From positions 6,696,001 through 6,760,000 of the forward strand of contig JBHGNT010000014.1 in the NCBI GenBank assembly GCA_043228905.1: 64,000 bases of DNA, read 5' to 3'. A program made the position numbers and the translations under genes. The DNA comes from Azolla caroliniana (Eukaryota; Plantae; Polypodiophyta). How positions within the stretch are numbered: position 1 is the stretch's first letter; the number at the start of each line of letters is the position of its first letter. Under the pieces are notes generated by a model. The model was given only the letters and a program-made list of their open reading frames with translations, had not been told where the DNA came from and ran no database searches. Shown in pieces: positions 36,662 through 49,549 of this stretch.

Positions 36662-39600
36662 TGTAAAAGAATACGTTGTGTGGGAAGCGTGTGCGTAAAC
36701 ACAAAGTACACAATTCAGAAATAACACAGTTCGGTAAACTCAGAAAACGCGGAGATGGAGATGGAGAGGGAGGGACAGAGAGTGAGAGAGCAGACAACGT
36801 AGAACTCATATTCAAAATAATGACTCTCTGTTCTGTACATACTTCGTGCTTGGTGAGCACCTTATATACAAGCCTTGAAAATTGGGCTAACAAAAGTACT
36901 AACAATACTTGATTGCTCATAAATGAGCCTTGACACTCACTCCCAAAATTATTCCTTATGAGGAATATCTCTCTAACGGCCTTTCGGTTTATGCACCGAT
37001 ACGGCTAGATTGTGCGTACTAACTTACGCGTCCAGTCTACGCACTGGGTTATGTGCCATATTATGCACCCAATGTTGAGCTTGTCACTCAACACTCCCCC
37101 TCAAGCTCAACTTGAGGTTCCTCCTGCTCCTCCCGATCTACACTCCGGTCCCTTCTGGCTTTACACCTCGCTCGCACTCCTCGACCTGTTCGATTCCGCA
37201 TGCTTCGACCCTTTCGGTTGGCTTGTCTGCTCGTTTGGCCCTTCTCAGCTCCCTTGTTGTCGTGGTGTCGGCGTGTCCTTCGCCACCCTTTTCTCTGCAT
37301 GCCCTTTAGTTGATTCGGCGTCTTGATCTTGGCCTTTACGCCCTTCTTGGTTGTATCTCCCCTGATTTGGCTATCCTCGACTCTTTCCTACCATTACGAC
37401 CCCTGCTCTTTTCTTCGGCTTCTTCAGACAACCCAAAATTGAATTCTTCATCCGATTCAGCGTCACGGTCATTCCCGCCATGATGAACACCTCCGCTCCT
37501 TTCATGCTCTTGTTCATGTTCTTCCTGTCTCCCCCTCAAGTTTGGTATGTCGAGGTGATGCAACCCAAGCGCACCCAAGAAATGCCGTAACTTGTCGAGA
37601 CCAAGAGGTTTTGTGAAGATGTTGGCAATCTGCCAATCAGTCAAAACATGCACCAGTTCGACTTCACCTGAAAGGACCTGCTCACGGACAAAATGGTAAT
37701 GCACCTCGATGTGCTTGGTTTGGCCGTGGAACACGGCGTTCTTCGCAAGGTGGATACTGCTAAGGTTGTCACAAAAGATCGTCGTCGGATCAGACACCTC
37801 CACATGCAGATCCCGTAATAGCCATTTTAACCAAATGACTTCGCACGTAGCGACAGTCCCCCCTCGATATTCGGCCTCCGTGCTCGACAGTGCTATTGTT
37901 GGCTACTTTTTGCTACTCCACGTGATCAATGCACTTCCTAATGAGAATGCATATCCAGATGTGGATCGACGATCATGGGCATTTCCGGCCCAATCAACAT
38001 CCGTGTAGCCGACTAACTGGTCAGCTACGCCTGCTCGATATAGCAACGCCATGTCTTTCGTGCCACTTACATATCGCAATATTCGTTGCGCGCATTGGAA
38101 GTGTTCGGCCGTAGGCTACGACATGAATTGACTGATCATGCCAACCGGGTAACTGAGGTCCGGCCGAGTAATAGTCAAATAGATGAGGCTTCCGACAATC
38201 TGTCGGAACCGTGTCGGGTCGCACGGCTTTCTCGAATCTTGGCGAAGCTTTACGTTACTATCCAGAGGGGTGGAGATGGGCTTACAGTTTTCCATCTCGA
38301 ACTTGAAGAGCATAGTTAGCGCGCAATGACATTGGCTGATCAATATGCCATTAGAGGTACGGATCACTTCGATCCCGAGGAAGTAATGAAGGTCTCCGAG
38401 ATCCTTCATTTCAAACAATGCCGCAAGCAGAGACTTCACGCAGCGGATTTCGTCAAGGTCAGCACCGGCGATGACTAAATCATCAACATACAAGAGCAGG
38501 CTGACCGATCCATATTGACCTCACCGAACAAATAGAGAAGAGTTTGATTTTGATGAAGCAAACCCCATCCTACGCAACTGTTGCGTAATCTTTGCATTCC
38601 AAGCTCATGGGGCTTGCTTCAGTCCGTATAAGGATTTCTTCAATCGGCAAACTGTCGAGGTGTTTTGTTCGGATAGAAATCCGGGGGGTTGTACCATGTA
38701 CACCTGCTCCTCAAGATCACCTTGCAGGAATGCGTTCTTTACATCCATTTGATGTAAGTGCCACCCCTTTGTTGCTGCTATAGCTAGCAGGACTCACACG
38801 GTAGTCATCTTCGCGACAGGCGCGAAGGTCTCGTCATAGTCCACGCCGTGCTTCTGTGCGTAGCCTTTCGCTACCAACCTGGCCTTGTATCGGTTGACTG
38901 AGCCTTCGGTGTTGTACTTGACCTTGTACACCCAGCTACATCCAATCGGCTTCACACACTGCGGTGCGTCAACTAGGTCTCATGTCTCGTTCTGCGTTAA
39001 GGCGCGCATCTCTTCCTCCATTGCGGCATGCCAATTTGCATCCTTCGCCGCTTCTCCGTAGCTCTCCGGCTCACGCACTTCCGCCACTCGCGTCATGGAG
39101 GTATAATGGTGCGCCATGTACTAATTATACCTGTATCTCTTTACGGGGTTCTTGAGGCGGGTAGATCGGCGTAATTCATGATTACCCGATTTCACGACCT
39201 ATTCGGCTACCGTCAACCTCTTCCATGGAAATTCCTTTTCAGTTTGCCCATAGTCAGATTCACTCCGATCTGACTCGGCGCTACCAAAGTCGTATTCCGA
39301 CATTTTCTTCTTGCCTTTTCCCTGGCGCGTAAGCCGTCTCCTCGGCTTCCTGCGCAGGGAATGCATGACCGAGTCTCCACTACTCGTTGTCTCATCATCT
39401 GGTTGGCCATCTCGGCCCAACCCTTCATTCAGCCCGCTTAGCCAAAATGAGATTGGACTCTCTCTCTCAGAGCTCCGATGTCCTCATCATGCGGAGGCAT
39501 TTCAGCCTCGTTGATCTCTTCTTCAGAAATCATAATGGAGTCTTCAGGTACTGAGGTGAAGGCAAGTACCACGAAGCGGACTCGTCGAACACGACGTTGT

Positions 39601-42209
39601 GACTTCCTTTGTTCAAGGGTCATAACACTTATACCCTTTCTGCTCATTTGAATAGCCGACCAAGATACATTTCTCAGGTTTAGCATCCAGTTTCCTCCTT
39701 TTTTCCTTCGGCATGTGCACATACGTGATGCTGCCGAAAATCCTCAAGTGTGCCAAGTTCGGCTTCTTCCCGAAATATAGCTCATGTGGCGACACTCCTC
39801 CAATAGTATAAGTCTGATTCTGCAAGTAGACAGTTGTCTTCACGGCTTCGGTCCAATAGAATTTCGACGTATGCTTCTCTTCAAGCATTGCCCTAGCTGC
39901 TTCTTCAATCGTCTGATTCTTCCGCTCGGCTACGCCATTCTGCTCCGGCGTATATCTACACAAGAATTCGCGTCGAATTCCCTCCTTATATAGATAACTT
40001 GTGAACTGGTCGGACAAGTACTCCTTCCTGCCATCGGACCGTCGGCATTTGATCTTACGCCCCGTTTCCCTTTCCGCAAGGCTCTTCACTTTTAGGAAAC
40101 ACGCGAACACTTCGCTCTTCTTCTCAATCATGCATACCCACGTGTGCCAAGTGAAGTCATCAATGAAGGTTACAAAGTAATGGCTTCCACTGAAGCTCAC
40201 GTTCTGTGCTGGACCCCATACATCCGAATGGATCAAATCTAGCGGACTTCGACTATGATTATGCTCATTGGGGAATGGAAGTCGGTGTTGTTTTCCCATC
40301 TGACAGGCATCGCAGACTTGGCCATTCCGGCCACGAAATTTCGGCAACCCGAAAACAATGTTCTTCGTATGCATATAAGGATACCGTGGGAAATTTACGT
40401 GGCCGAACCCCTTCTGCCACAGGTTGATATCCGATTTGACCTTTTGTCCTTTCACGTACAACGCGGTTCCGGCTTGATTAGTGTCGAGGATAAACATGCT
40501 CCCTTCTCGTCGCCCTTGCGCGATTACTTTGCCTTCCTCTTCAATGAAGCAGTCGAGATGTGTGAATCGAACCTACATTCCCTGGTCGACGATTTTACCG
40601 ACCGACACTAGGTTCTTTATTATTGTCGGGATGTGTAGCACGTTCATGAGTTTTCCTTTTGGCCTAACATGGATGAGGGGAACTTCGCCGACATGTTCAA
40701 TGTTATGCGGAGTGTCGTCTCCCATTTCGACCACTCCTTGTGATTCCGATTTCTCCATGTAGGAGAACCATTCCTCGTGACTCCTCATATGATTTGATGC
40801 TCCGGAATCAACATACCACACCTCACTTGATTTCGAGGTGTTCACAGCCATAGAATTGGCCTTATGCTTCATTACGAAGGTTGGGCCCGATTTCTTTCCT
40901 GCTCGTTCAAAGCCTTCTGCGTAGTGCGATCTCTGACGCCTCTCTGCGTCTCTTCGGCTCGATCCGGCTTTGTCTGAATCGGTTCGCTTTTCCCAGCACT
41001 CGCTCTCCTTGTGGCCTTTCTTGCCACAATACCAGCAATCCTGTCAAGAACTACACGCTCCGATGAACAACACTCGGCCACAACCAGGCTTAGAATCAAC
41101 CACAGAAAATGGGAATGAATGCACGACACAATGGAGAGAAGAGTACACAGGATGTTTACGTGGAAAACCCAAACACGGGAAAAACCACAGCAGTCCACTA
41201 ACTGCGAACTATCACTATGTAACAATATACAATAGATGAACACAGGGGCAACGACCTCTTGTTCACTGTCTTCGCCATAGGCGGCGGTTACAACAGAGAT
41301 ACGAACTTTTCGTCTCTTTCTCTCTCTTTGTACACTGTTGCGCTCTAATCTTGCGCCAACAAAAAAGAGGAATGACCCACAATACTAAGTTTGCCCTAAG
41401 TCATATTTATACTAATATGACTTTTCGGCTATTTACAAATATAGCCCCGACGGACTCTCAGAAGCATATTTACGAATATGTCCCTTCATCCGGTGAGCAC
41501 TCCTCACCGAGCCTACATCATCCGGCGCTTGCCAGGCACACGTCATCCGATTCTCACTGGGTCTTCCGTTGTCGGGTACTCCACATCCGGTTCTCATCGG
41601 GTCTTCACCATCCGGCTCTTGCCGGGTACTCGCCATCCGGTTCTCACCGAGTCTTCCGTAGCTGGGTACTCGTCTTCCGATTTCGGCCGAGGCCGAGTTT
41701 GCTCATCAGTACTGTTCTTCTCACTTCCCATCCGGAGGGACCTGTCTTCTCTTCTCGTCTTCCAGCACCGCCATGACTCCCCCTGCTCGCGGAGGGAATT
41801 GCTTCTGGAATCTCGATTATGTCGTACATTTTGCTCTTTTCGATCACCTCCATTGCGCGCTGGTCTGCCTCATCCACCACGACCATGGGGCCTATCATCC
41901 TCTGTGTAAAGCATCTTTCCATCGTCGTACGCACTCGTCGATGCACCCGCGTGGTTTTCTTCTAGGAGCAACATTGACTGAAGTTCAAAAATTGAAGGCG
42001 TAATCTCCCTCGTGCAGACTACCGTTCGGAAAGGTCCGAACTTTGACGCCAAGCCACCAAGACAAACCTGCACCATTTCATCTTCCTCGATGTTCACGTA
42101 GAAGAAGGCGAGAGAGTCACATATTTCTTTGATCCTTGTGGTGTAATCAGCCACTGACATATCTCTCTGTCGTACATTGTTGAGCTCCTAACTGAGCTGC
42201 AGCTTTCTT
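36662..42209 (-). mobile_element. Degenerate Ty1/Copia family C, second copy (5' truncated)
   Basis: 3' LTR 36662-37093, PPT 37094-37104, RH (TKHIEVHYHFVRE), RT (YVDD), INT 39613-40497, PR (WYVDSGASNHM), gag; collinear with 7599-19790. Confidence 0.92.
41042..41750 (-). mobile_element. Solo LTR, Copia family L (one terminus eroded)
   Basis: Homologous to 28360-28997 (reverse complement); interrupts host gag next to the zinc knuckle; TSD not recoverable. Confidence 0.85.
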
Positions 42210-43356
42210 CTCACTTCCCATGCGGAGGGACCTGTTTCCTAACAAACTCCCCCTTCACTCCGGCATGGGATGTCTTACTAGTCTGATCCGCTTCCGGCAT
42301 GCATCCAGCTTGTCGGTTATCAGTACTTTGGTTAGCATATCTGACCCGTTCTTGGCCGTGTGGATCTTCGTCAGCGCGAATTCCTGGTCATCTACTCTTT
42401 CCTGGATCTAGGGATACCTTCGCTGGATATGCTTCGTCCGGGAATGGTAGGCCGCATTCTTAGCAAGGTGGATGACACTTTGACTATCGCAATAGAGTCG
42501 GTATTCATCTTGCCGGATACCGAGCTCTCCAATGAAGTCCTTCATCCATAATATTTCCTTGCCGGCTTCCACAGCCGCCATGTACTCCGCCTCCGTGGTT
42601 GACAACGCAACCGTCTTCTGCAGCCTCGACTGCCACGAAATAGCTCCCCCTACATATGGACTCATTACATACCCGGATGTAGACCGGCTGGTATCCACAT
42701 CAGCCGACATGTCCGAATCGGTAAAACCGTCAAGTTGAGGTTTTCCAGAGCCGAATCGGAGACACATATTTGAAGTGCCCTTCAAGTACCGGAGTCTCCA
42801 TTTGACCGCATTCCAGTGCTCCTTGCCGGGATTGCTCATAAACCGGCTCACCACTCCGACTGCGAATCCTATATCCGGTCGGGTACACACCATTGCATAC
42901 ATTAAGCTCCCGATGGCAGAGGCATATGGAACCTTCATCATATCAGCCTTCTCTGCTTTCGTCTTTGGGTTTTGCTTACTGGATAATCTGCAGTTTGCCG
43001 GGAGTGTCGATCCGACTGGTTTCGCTTCTAACATGTCGAACCGTTGAAGCACCTTTGTCACGTATTTCACCTGTGACAGCCACAGTTGCTTCGTTGGCTG
43101 GTTCCGGATGATATGCATCCCCAACGTCTGTCTTGCCGGACCCAAGTCTTTCATCGCGAAAGTTCGATTGAGAGCCTTCTTCAGCATCTGTATTCTGGAT
43201 TAGTTCCGTCCGACGATCAACATGTCGTCTACGTACAGAAGGAGTATCAGGAAGTCGCCTCCTTCGAACTTCTTCACAAACACGCAGTGATCGGCCTACG
43301 TCTTGTGGTACCCTTGATCGGTCATGAAGGAGTCGAACTTCCGGTACCATTATCGG
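42210..43356 (-). pseudogene. pol: Copia family L RT-RNase H fragment, PPT and first ~35 bp of 3' LTR
   Basis: LLLYVDD, MKDLGPAR, PYASAIGSLMYAM, STTEAEY, RTKHIQRR; PPT GAAGGGGGAGTT. Confidence 0.9.
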
Positions 43357-43780
43357 TGTCACGGATCATAAGCTCAAGAGACAAGCAAGAAGATAACCAA
43401 ATGGACAAGAAAGAAGATAGTATTAAAGGAAAGACTCCGTAACTGGTGTTGTTCACCTTGAATTCCTTCAAGGTGAACTCCTCTATTTATACTACATGGC
43501 ATGCATACTTGTTGCACGCATGTGAATCTACAATAGAGCATGTAGGTATGCATGCATGTGCCAAGTGTAAATACTACAAGGGAGCAACTATGCACATGAT
43601 GCTAGCATAATAATAAGGACCAATTACATACATAACTATGTGCTAGATATCTTGGTTAACTCATAATACTAGATTATAATATGGTCGTGTCAAGAGTTCG
43701 AATCTTGACATTATCCCCCCCCCTACGCCGCCTTCCCAAATCGGCCACTGGTTTGTGGGGATATCGGTGATGAAAGTCCC
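43357..43780 (-). mobile_element. Chromovirus 3' LTR (43357-43710), PPT and chromodomain tail remnant
   Basis: TGTCA..TGACA; PPT GGGGGGGGATAA; peptide DFHHRYPHKP..RRRRGGDN matches the pol C-terminus DFHRRYPEKP..KGGI. Confidence 0.82.
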
Positions 43781-46700
43781 ATTTTACTTGGAAGCCTACA
43801 ACGCGAAAATGGAGGAGCGAGACGTAGCCGAGGCGTTCAGGCTGGAGTTCTTCTGTCGGGTCATCGTCGTCCATATGCATGCGGAAGTGAAGGAGCTCCG
43901 AGAAGCTCATAGTTCGTGGGAGGCCTTCGAAGAGGCGCTCCTATAGGCATATGGGGGACGGCGTAAGAGCCGGGGACAATGCGGCTTCGACCAGTGGGTA
44001 GCATCGGCAAAGGCCCACCGGGGCGCAACAAAGACGTTCCGAGAGTTCGAGTGACGGCTTGCTTGGTTCCCGGAGGGGGAACAAGGTTTGGTGGGGGCGG
44101 ACAAAGTCCTGTTGTTCGTTAAGTCGATCGACCGAGTGAAACAAGAGGCCATCGGGATTGAGCTCGAAGACGAGGACAGAGCGAATGGCCTCACGGAGGA
44201 CTGGTCGAAGGTCGGAAGGATATGCCAACGGCTAGATGACGAGCGAGCCGAGAAGGCTAGGAGGAAGGCGCGCAACAACGTGCCATCACAGCGGGAAGAG
44301 GTCGAACGGCAAAGGGAGTCAGCAAGGCTCGGCTTCGCGGCCAGGATTGCAAAGGCGTACGCAGCTCTCAAGGCAATGCTCGAGGAAGGGGAAAAAATGA
44401 GGCCGCAAGCCGACGCCGAGGAGACGGACTTGCCCCACGAGATGGCAGAAGATCGGTACGACGGTGCCACGGGAGAGGGTGCGGAACAAAATTCCCTCTC
44501 GACTTGCGGAGATAGAACAGCCGAGAACGAGGCCGAGATACCGATCGCAGGAACGGAACGATGGAACCGGCGGTTTCGGGCACATCAGTCCGAAACTCCG
44601 AACATTGGAGAATCAAGCCCAGGCGGGGCTTGCGCGATCGGTAAGAAGACGACCACCGACCATGAGGAGCCGGTGGCTACGGACAAGGGCGTAAAACGGA
44701 CAGGCGATTCTTCGCGTCTTCCCACACTTGCTCCCGAGACGATGCCAGTCAGGCCCGAGTGCCCATGTGAGCCTCGAGAGGAGGAAGGTGGTGGTGTGAG
44801 ACCAAGAATCGTCGGCGAGACGGTACGGGAAAGGAACGAACAAGAGCCCTTGGGGCCAAATCCGGAGAACTCAGCATTCGGGCCCTTATGCCCATGTGAG
44901 ACCGAGGAGATGGATAACGGTATCGAGGAGTCCTGGCATGATGCCAGCGAAGATGGATGGGAGATGGCCTGCGAGAAGGTCGACGAAAAGACCAAGAAAC
45001 CGGATCGCGGCACTCTAATTCGGTTGGAGCGCGATCCGGTCGTGGATTGTTCGATCGGGGCCAGAATCGGCTTGAGGGTGCCGATACGGGAGAGGGTGCG
45101 GAACGATTCGCCCTCTTTTACATGGGGAGAAAGACCGACCGGGCGAAGGTCAGGAATCGAAAGGAAGGTGATCAAGGGTTCAGAACGAGTCCAGCAAAGT
45201 CGGCATCAGAGCCGAAACTCCGGACATTGGAGAATCAAGCCCATGCGGGGCTTAGTTGATCACAGAGTGGATGCTTTCCACCGACACCACTAAAAGGGTC
45301 GGTGGCCCCGGACGAGTTGCCGAAAGACATTACAAAATTGGTTACCCCACATCTTGTCCGGAGACTTCGGCAATTCGGCCGACATGGCAACGTGAGACCG
45401 AAAGAGATGGAAGATGGAGGCAGGAGCACAGCGAGGAGAGCGACGACGAGTTAGGGAGAAGTACAAGGGATGAAGCGGAGAACGAAGACCGGTCCTATGG
45501 AGATCCTCACACCGATCTGATTGTCGGCGTGAGTCCTATAAGAGAGATCAGTGGCGACAGGACAACGAGACCCGACAATCCAGAGAATGACGAGTGGACC
45601 CGGACGAGAACGGGGCGGAACGGACTTCCGGATAACTGATCTGGAAGAGAGGAGAGAGTAGGCCTACGAAGAGGCTGGGAACATGGTACGTCAGTACCAC
45701 GGGAGAGGGTGTGGAGCGAGCCACCCTCTCGACTTGCGGACAAAGGCGACCCAAGATAAGGGTCAAAGACTTAGAGGAGGCCCAAGGAGGATCCTTCACA
45801 CCGGTTCTAGAGACTCCGGCAATCGGCCCAAGAGCCGGCGTGAGACCTAGAGTAGCGAACGGTGGCGGCGAGATGTCGAAGGAAAAGGACTGAGGATGGG
45901 CGGTCTGCGGAGATCCTCACACCGATCCGGCGATCAGCCCGAGTGCTAGCGTGAGTCCTATAGGAGAGATCAATGGCAGCAGGTGAACGTGACCAGCAGA
46001 AGAGGCCGACACGGAGGTCGGGACTACAGCAAGCAGTGCAGCCGCGACCTTACACACACCATTTCTAGACACTCCGGCGGTCAGCCTGAGAGCCGGCGTG
46101 AGACCTAGAGTAAGGAACGGTGGCGGCAGCAAGGCGAGCAGCTGAGACTACAGAAGGGGAGGTCCCACAGAGATCCTCACACCGATCCGGCGGTAGGCCC
46201 GAGTGTCGGCGTGAGTCCTATAGGAAAGGATGGTGGCGATAGGAGGACGTGATCGGACGACGGAAAGCAGAGCGAAAGGAGGTATGAGACCGATAAAGTC
46301 GGCAAGACCAAGAGTGGACATGCTTGGTACACGAGTCGGTGACCCAACAAAACAGAGGCCCGAGAAGGATCCTTCACACCTGCCCGGAGACCCCGGCAGT
46401 TCGGCCGACGTGGCAACGTGAGACCGAGGGTAATGGAAGGTGGCGGCAAGGGGACAAAGGCGGCAACAACAAAGGCACCGACCAACTGAGGCATTACGAG
46501 AACAAAGGAGGCCATGCGGGCCAGGGACGCGACAAGGGTGATCTTCCGGTAAGCTGTCGGGGACACCTGATAAAGGAGCGGTGTGTAGAGCTGGAAAGGG
46601 CACACCCGAAAGTAGAACAGAAGGTGTGTGTGTGGCCACCGAGGGCCAAAGCAAAGCATGGGTACGGGACGGTGCTCGGCACAGATGATGCCGAGCAAGG

Positions 46701-48119
46701 CGGAAGACGGCACGTGACGGTGTCAGGAACGAGGACACAGGCGCGTGTAAACAGACTACACAGAATGGAGACCGGAAACAAGGTAGATGGCCGGAGAGGG
46801 ATCCTCCACATCGGGTCCCGGAGATCTTGGCAGTTCAAACCGACACGGCAACGTAAGACCAAGGAGAAGGAAGGTGGCGGTGAGGGAACGACAACAAGCG
46901 GAAGGCTCCAAACTGGTGGCAATAGCGCAAGACGAAAGTGGCCAAGCTGGCTACTATGAAGTGTTCCTCAGGCGGAGGGCACCGCGTATCTGAAGGAACG
47001 AGAGGTGTGCATGAGGTGGAAAGAAGGGCCAACAACGGGGCACGCATGTTATGAGATCGCGGTGGACGACCTATTGACGGGTCGAACGAGCCTACGGCGA
47101 GGCAAGCGCGAAGGGTGAACCGGAGCCAAAGGTTCAAACCGGCAGCGGTCGACACGGCAAGCCGGGATGCAGGCCACGGCGGACCGATTTCTCACCAACC
47201 CGAATCTTTCGCCTTTCTCCAGATTTGGCACGTACCGATGGACATGCGGTTTGGTGGGGGTGGATGTCGTGAAGATTTCGGGCCACAGTGAGAAATCAGA
47301 GAATATCGGAAGAATCGACGGGGTGGAGCATATGCACTCACCCTTGTACGAAGTGTGTAAATGATAGGGGCACCATCATGACGCCAGATAGTAGCTAATT
47401 CAGGACAGAGGATCCCATGTAATAAGGGATTTATCCCACATTGTTACGCATCCCTCTCCTTGTTCTATAAAAGGAGGGGAGCGCACTTTGTGAAGGGGTT
47501 GCCCATTTTGAGTTTGGAGGGTATACCACTTAGGTCGAAGGTGTGTTAGTTCTTCTTCTTCTTCTTACTTTAGAGTTCTTTGAGGTCTTCTTCTTCGTGT
47601 CTGTTTAGGATTTTCGCCTGGTGAAGAGCTTGGATGTTCTGTGGGGGCTTACTTCTGCTTGGCCTCCTATGCAAGACCGCGCTTGGCGCAACGAGCCCAA
47701 GAGTTCCCTGACGGCGGCTTGGCGGCAGATTGTTGTTGTGACCTAGCCTACCTTAGTCCAACTCGGAGCCAGAGTTGTATCTTTCTCTTGTACATACATA
47801 TATATATATAGTGAATTCTGTGCATCTATGTCTTTGTCGATGTCTTTGGAGTTCCTTCTTTCTGGTTTCTGTACATAGGATGTGTGTGCCTAGTAAGTGT
47901 TGAGTGCGTGCACTTTTCCCTCTTCCATACGGTTGCTCCCTATACGTATCCAGAAACGCTTTGGTTGGTGTCTTGGCCGATCGCAGGAAGAAGTGAGGCT
48001 CGACCTTCTATACTCCGTCTCTCTCCCGTCCGAGACCCCCATGGTCCCGCCCCTTCTACATGCACGCGCGTAACAACGCAACAACGTTCCCGATATGCTG
48101 TATTGGATGCGTAACAACA
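43781..48119 (+). mobile_element. Non-autonomous derivative of the Trp-primed Gypsy: gag N-terminal remnant, about 3 kb repetitive filler, PPT, 3' LTR (47265-48119)
   Basis: MHAEVKEL..SWEAFEEALL and DKVLLFVKSID..GLTEDWSKV match gag at 21.3-21.7 kb; no pol motifs; ..GCGGTTTGGTGGGGGTGGA|TGTCGTGAAG as at 26751. Confidence 0.8.
44088..45293 (+). CDS. 401-aa ORF: gag-derived N-terminus with a low-complexity, charged C-terminus of unknown function
   Basis: First ~55 aa are homologous to family gag; the rest is unrecognised, and an upstream gag segment contains stops. Confidence 0.35.
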   Translation: MVGADKVLLFVKSIDRVKQEAIGIELEDEDRANGLTEDWSKVGRICQRLDDERAEKARRKARNNVPSQREEVERQRESARLGFAARIAKAYAALKAMLEEGEKMRPQADAEETDLPHEMAEDRYDGATGEGAEQNSLSTCGDRTAENEAEIPIAGTERWNRRFRAHQSETPNIGESSPGGACAIGKKTTTDHEEPVATDKGVKRTGDSSRLPTLAPETMPVRPECPCEPREEEGGGVRPRIVGETVRERNEQEPLGPNPENSAFGPLCPCETEEMDNGIEESWHDASEDGWEMACEKVDEKTKKPDRGTLIRLERDPVVDCSIGARIGLRVPIRERVRNDSPSFTWGERPTGRRSGIERKVIKGSERVQQSRHQSRNSGHWRIKPMRGLVDHRVDAFHRHH

Positions 48120-48401
48120 TATCCAGGAAGTTCGGGCTTCCGTAGTTCCCAAAACCAATATTCATGAGACGTCACGTGATTTGACGCTCTTGAATCGACA
48201 AACCATACATTATTTGAGGTGGAGGTGCTAGTTGAAGCCTGTGCGGACATCGAGTGCACTTCATGTTTCATTATGAACATTCCACCATGGTCGTCGTAGT
48301 CAAAATTCGATGTGTAATTCATAAACATTCCGCTACGATTGTCATAATCTGAATTCGATGCGTAGTGTGTGAATTGTCAGCTAGTTGAAGCCGACTCTCG
48401 C

Positions 48402-49549
48402 TGTCGTGAAGATTTTCGGCAATGGTGTGAAAATCACATACAATGTACGAAATCAAGTGTGATTCATATAAAATAATAATAGTGAAGATACTAATTTTAA
48501 GTAAGTTTAATATCTTAGTACAAAAAGATGGAGGTCTTGAAGAGCTTTCGGATGCACTTTACTACATAAGAAACGGACATCTAAGTGTCAACTTATGTGG
48601 GTAGGAAGTTTGCAAAGACAAAGAGAAAAATAAAATTGTGAGATATTCCACATAGACAAGAAATAACGATCTCACCATATATAAGGTAGAGCAAAAGCTA
48701 TTATTTTTGTGTCTATGTGTGGAGCATAGAGAGTTCAAGGTGACTTAAACTAAGCTATTGGATGAATGGGTGTTACCTAGCTACTTGCAAAGGTTTTGGC
48801 CAACCAAAACTGGACCGGCGACGGAACTGGTGGCAACTAGCATCCGGCAATCGGCGACAGAACCGGGATCCGGCGACAGAACCGGACGGTAACCGGCATC
48901 CGGCGACTGGACGGTAACCAACATCCAGCGACCGGCGGCTAGATGGATAAATAAATAAATAAATATTTATACATATACACAAGGAGGGAAAGTAAGGATT
49001 TGAACCTTGCACCTCCAAGTTGAGCGTCAATAGGCTTATCACTAAGGCAACACATTTTCTTGGAATTATATTTTTATCATTGTAACTTTACATGTAAATT
49101 CTCATACATGAGAGCTAAAAAGAGTAGCATGGTTATCATGCACCACATGTAATACATGAGCGCCAAGTGGCAAACATGCATTTTACACATGTCTTGTACC
49201 CTCAAATGCATGAGGGCATCTATAAAAGAGGGAAGGAAAAAGATGAAAAGATGAATGTAAAATTTTTTGGATCAAGCAAGCTTTGTACTTATTATCAAAA
49301 TTAATATTAAGAAGACATTTTGTTATCCAATTGATGTATTAATCAAGAAATTAAGAGGAAGAAAATTTGTTATTCCATTTTTTATCTCTCAATCTAAACC
49401 CAAGCATTATATCTTAGCTCAAGCTCTCTCTCTTTCAATCTATCTTAAATACTTTCTCGCTAAAGCTTGTGCAAACATCGAGTCCTTCTGGTCCAGAACC
49501 CCGACGGTTCCGCCTCGTGATCCACGCATAATGACGGATCTTCATGACA
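48402..49549 (+). mobile_element. Solo LTR of the Trp-primed Gypsy group
   Basis: TGTCG..TGACA; perfect TSD TCGC; termini related to LTR 8572-9520 (reverse complement); TATAAAA at about 49221. Confidence 0.9.
48992..49051 (-). promoter_or_regulatory. tRNA-like Pol III A/B-box cassette inside an LTR (clearest example)
   Basis: Reverse complement GTTGCCTTAGTGATAAGC..GGAGGTGCAAGGTTCAAATCCTTAC: D-loop-like A box, B box GGTTCAAATCC within a T-arm stem AAGG/CCTT. Confidence 0.55.
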
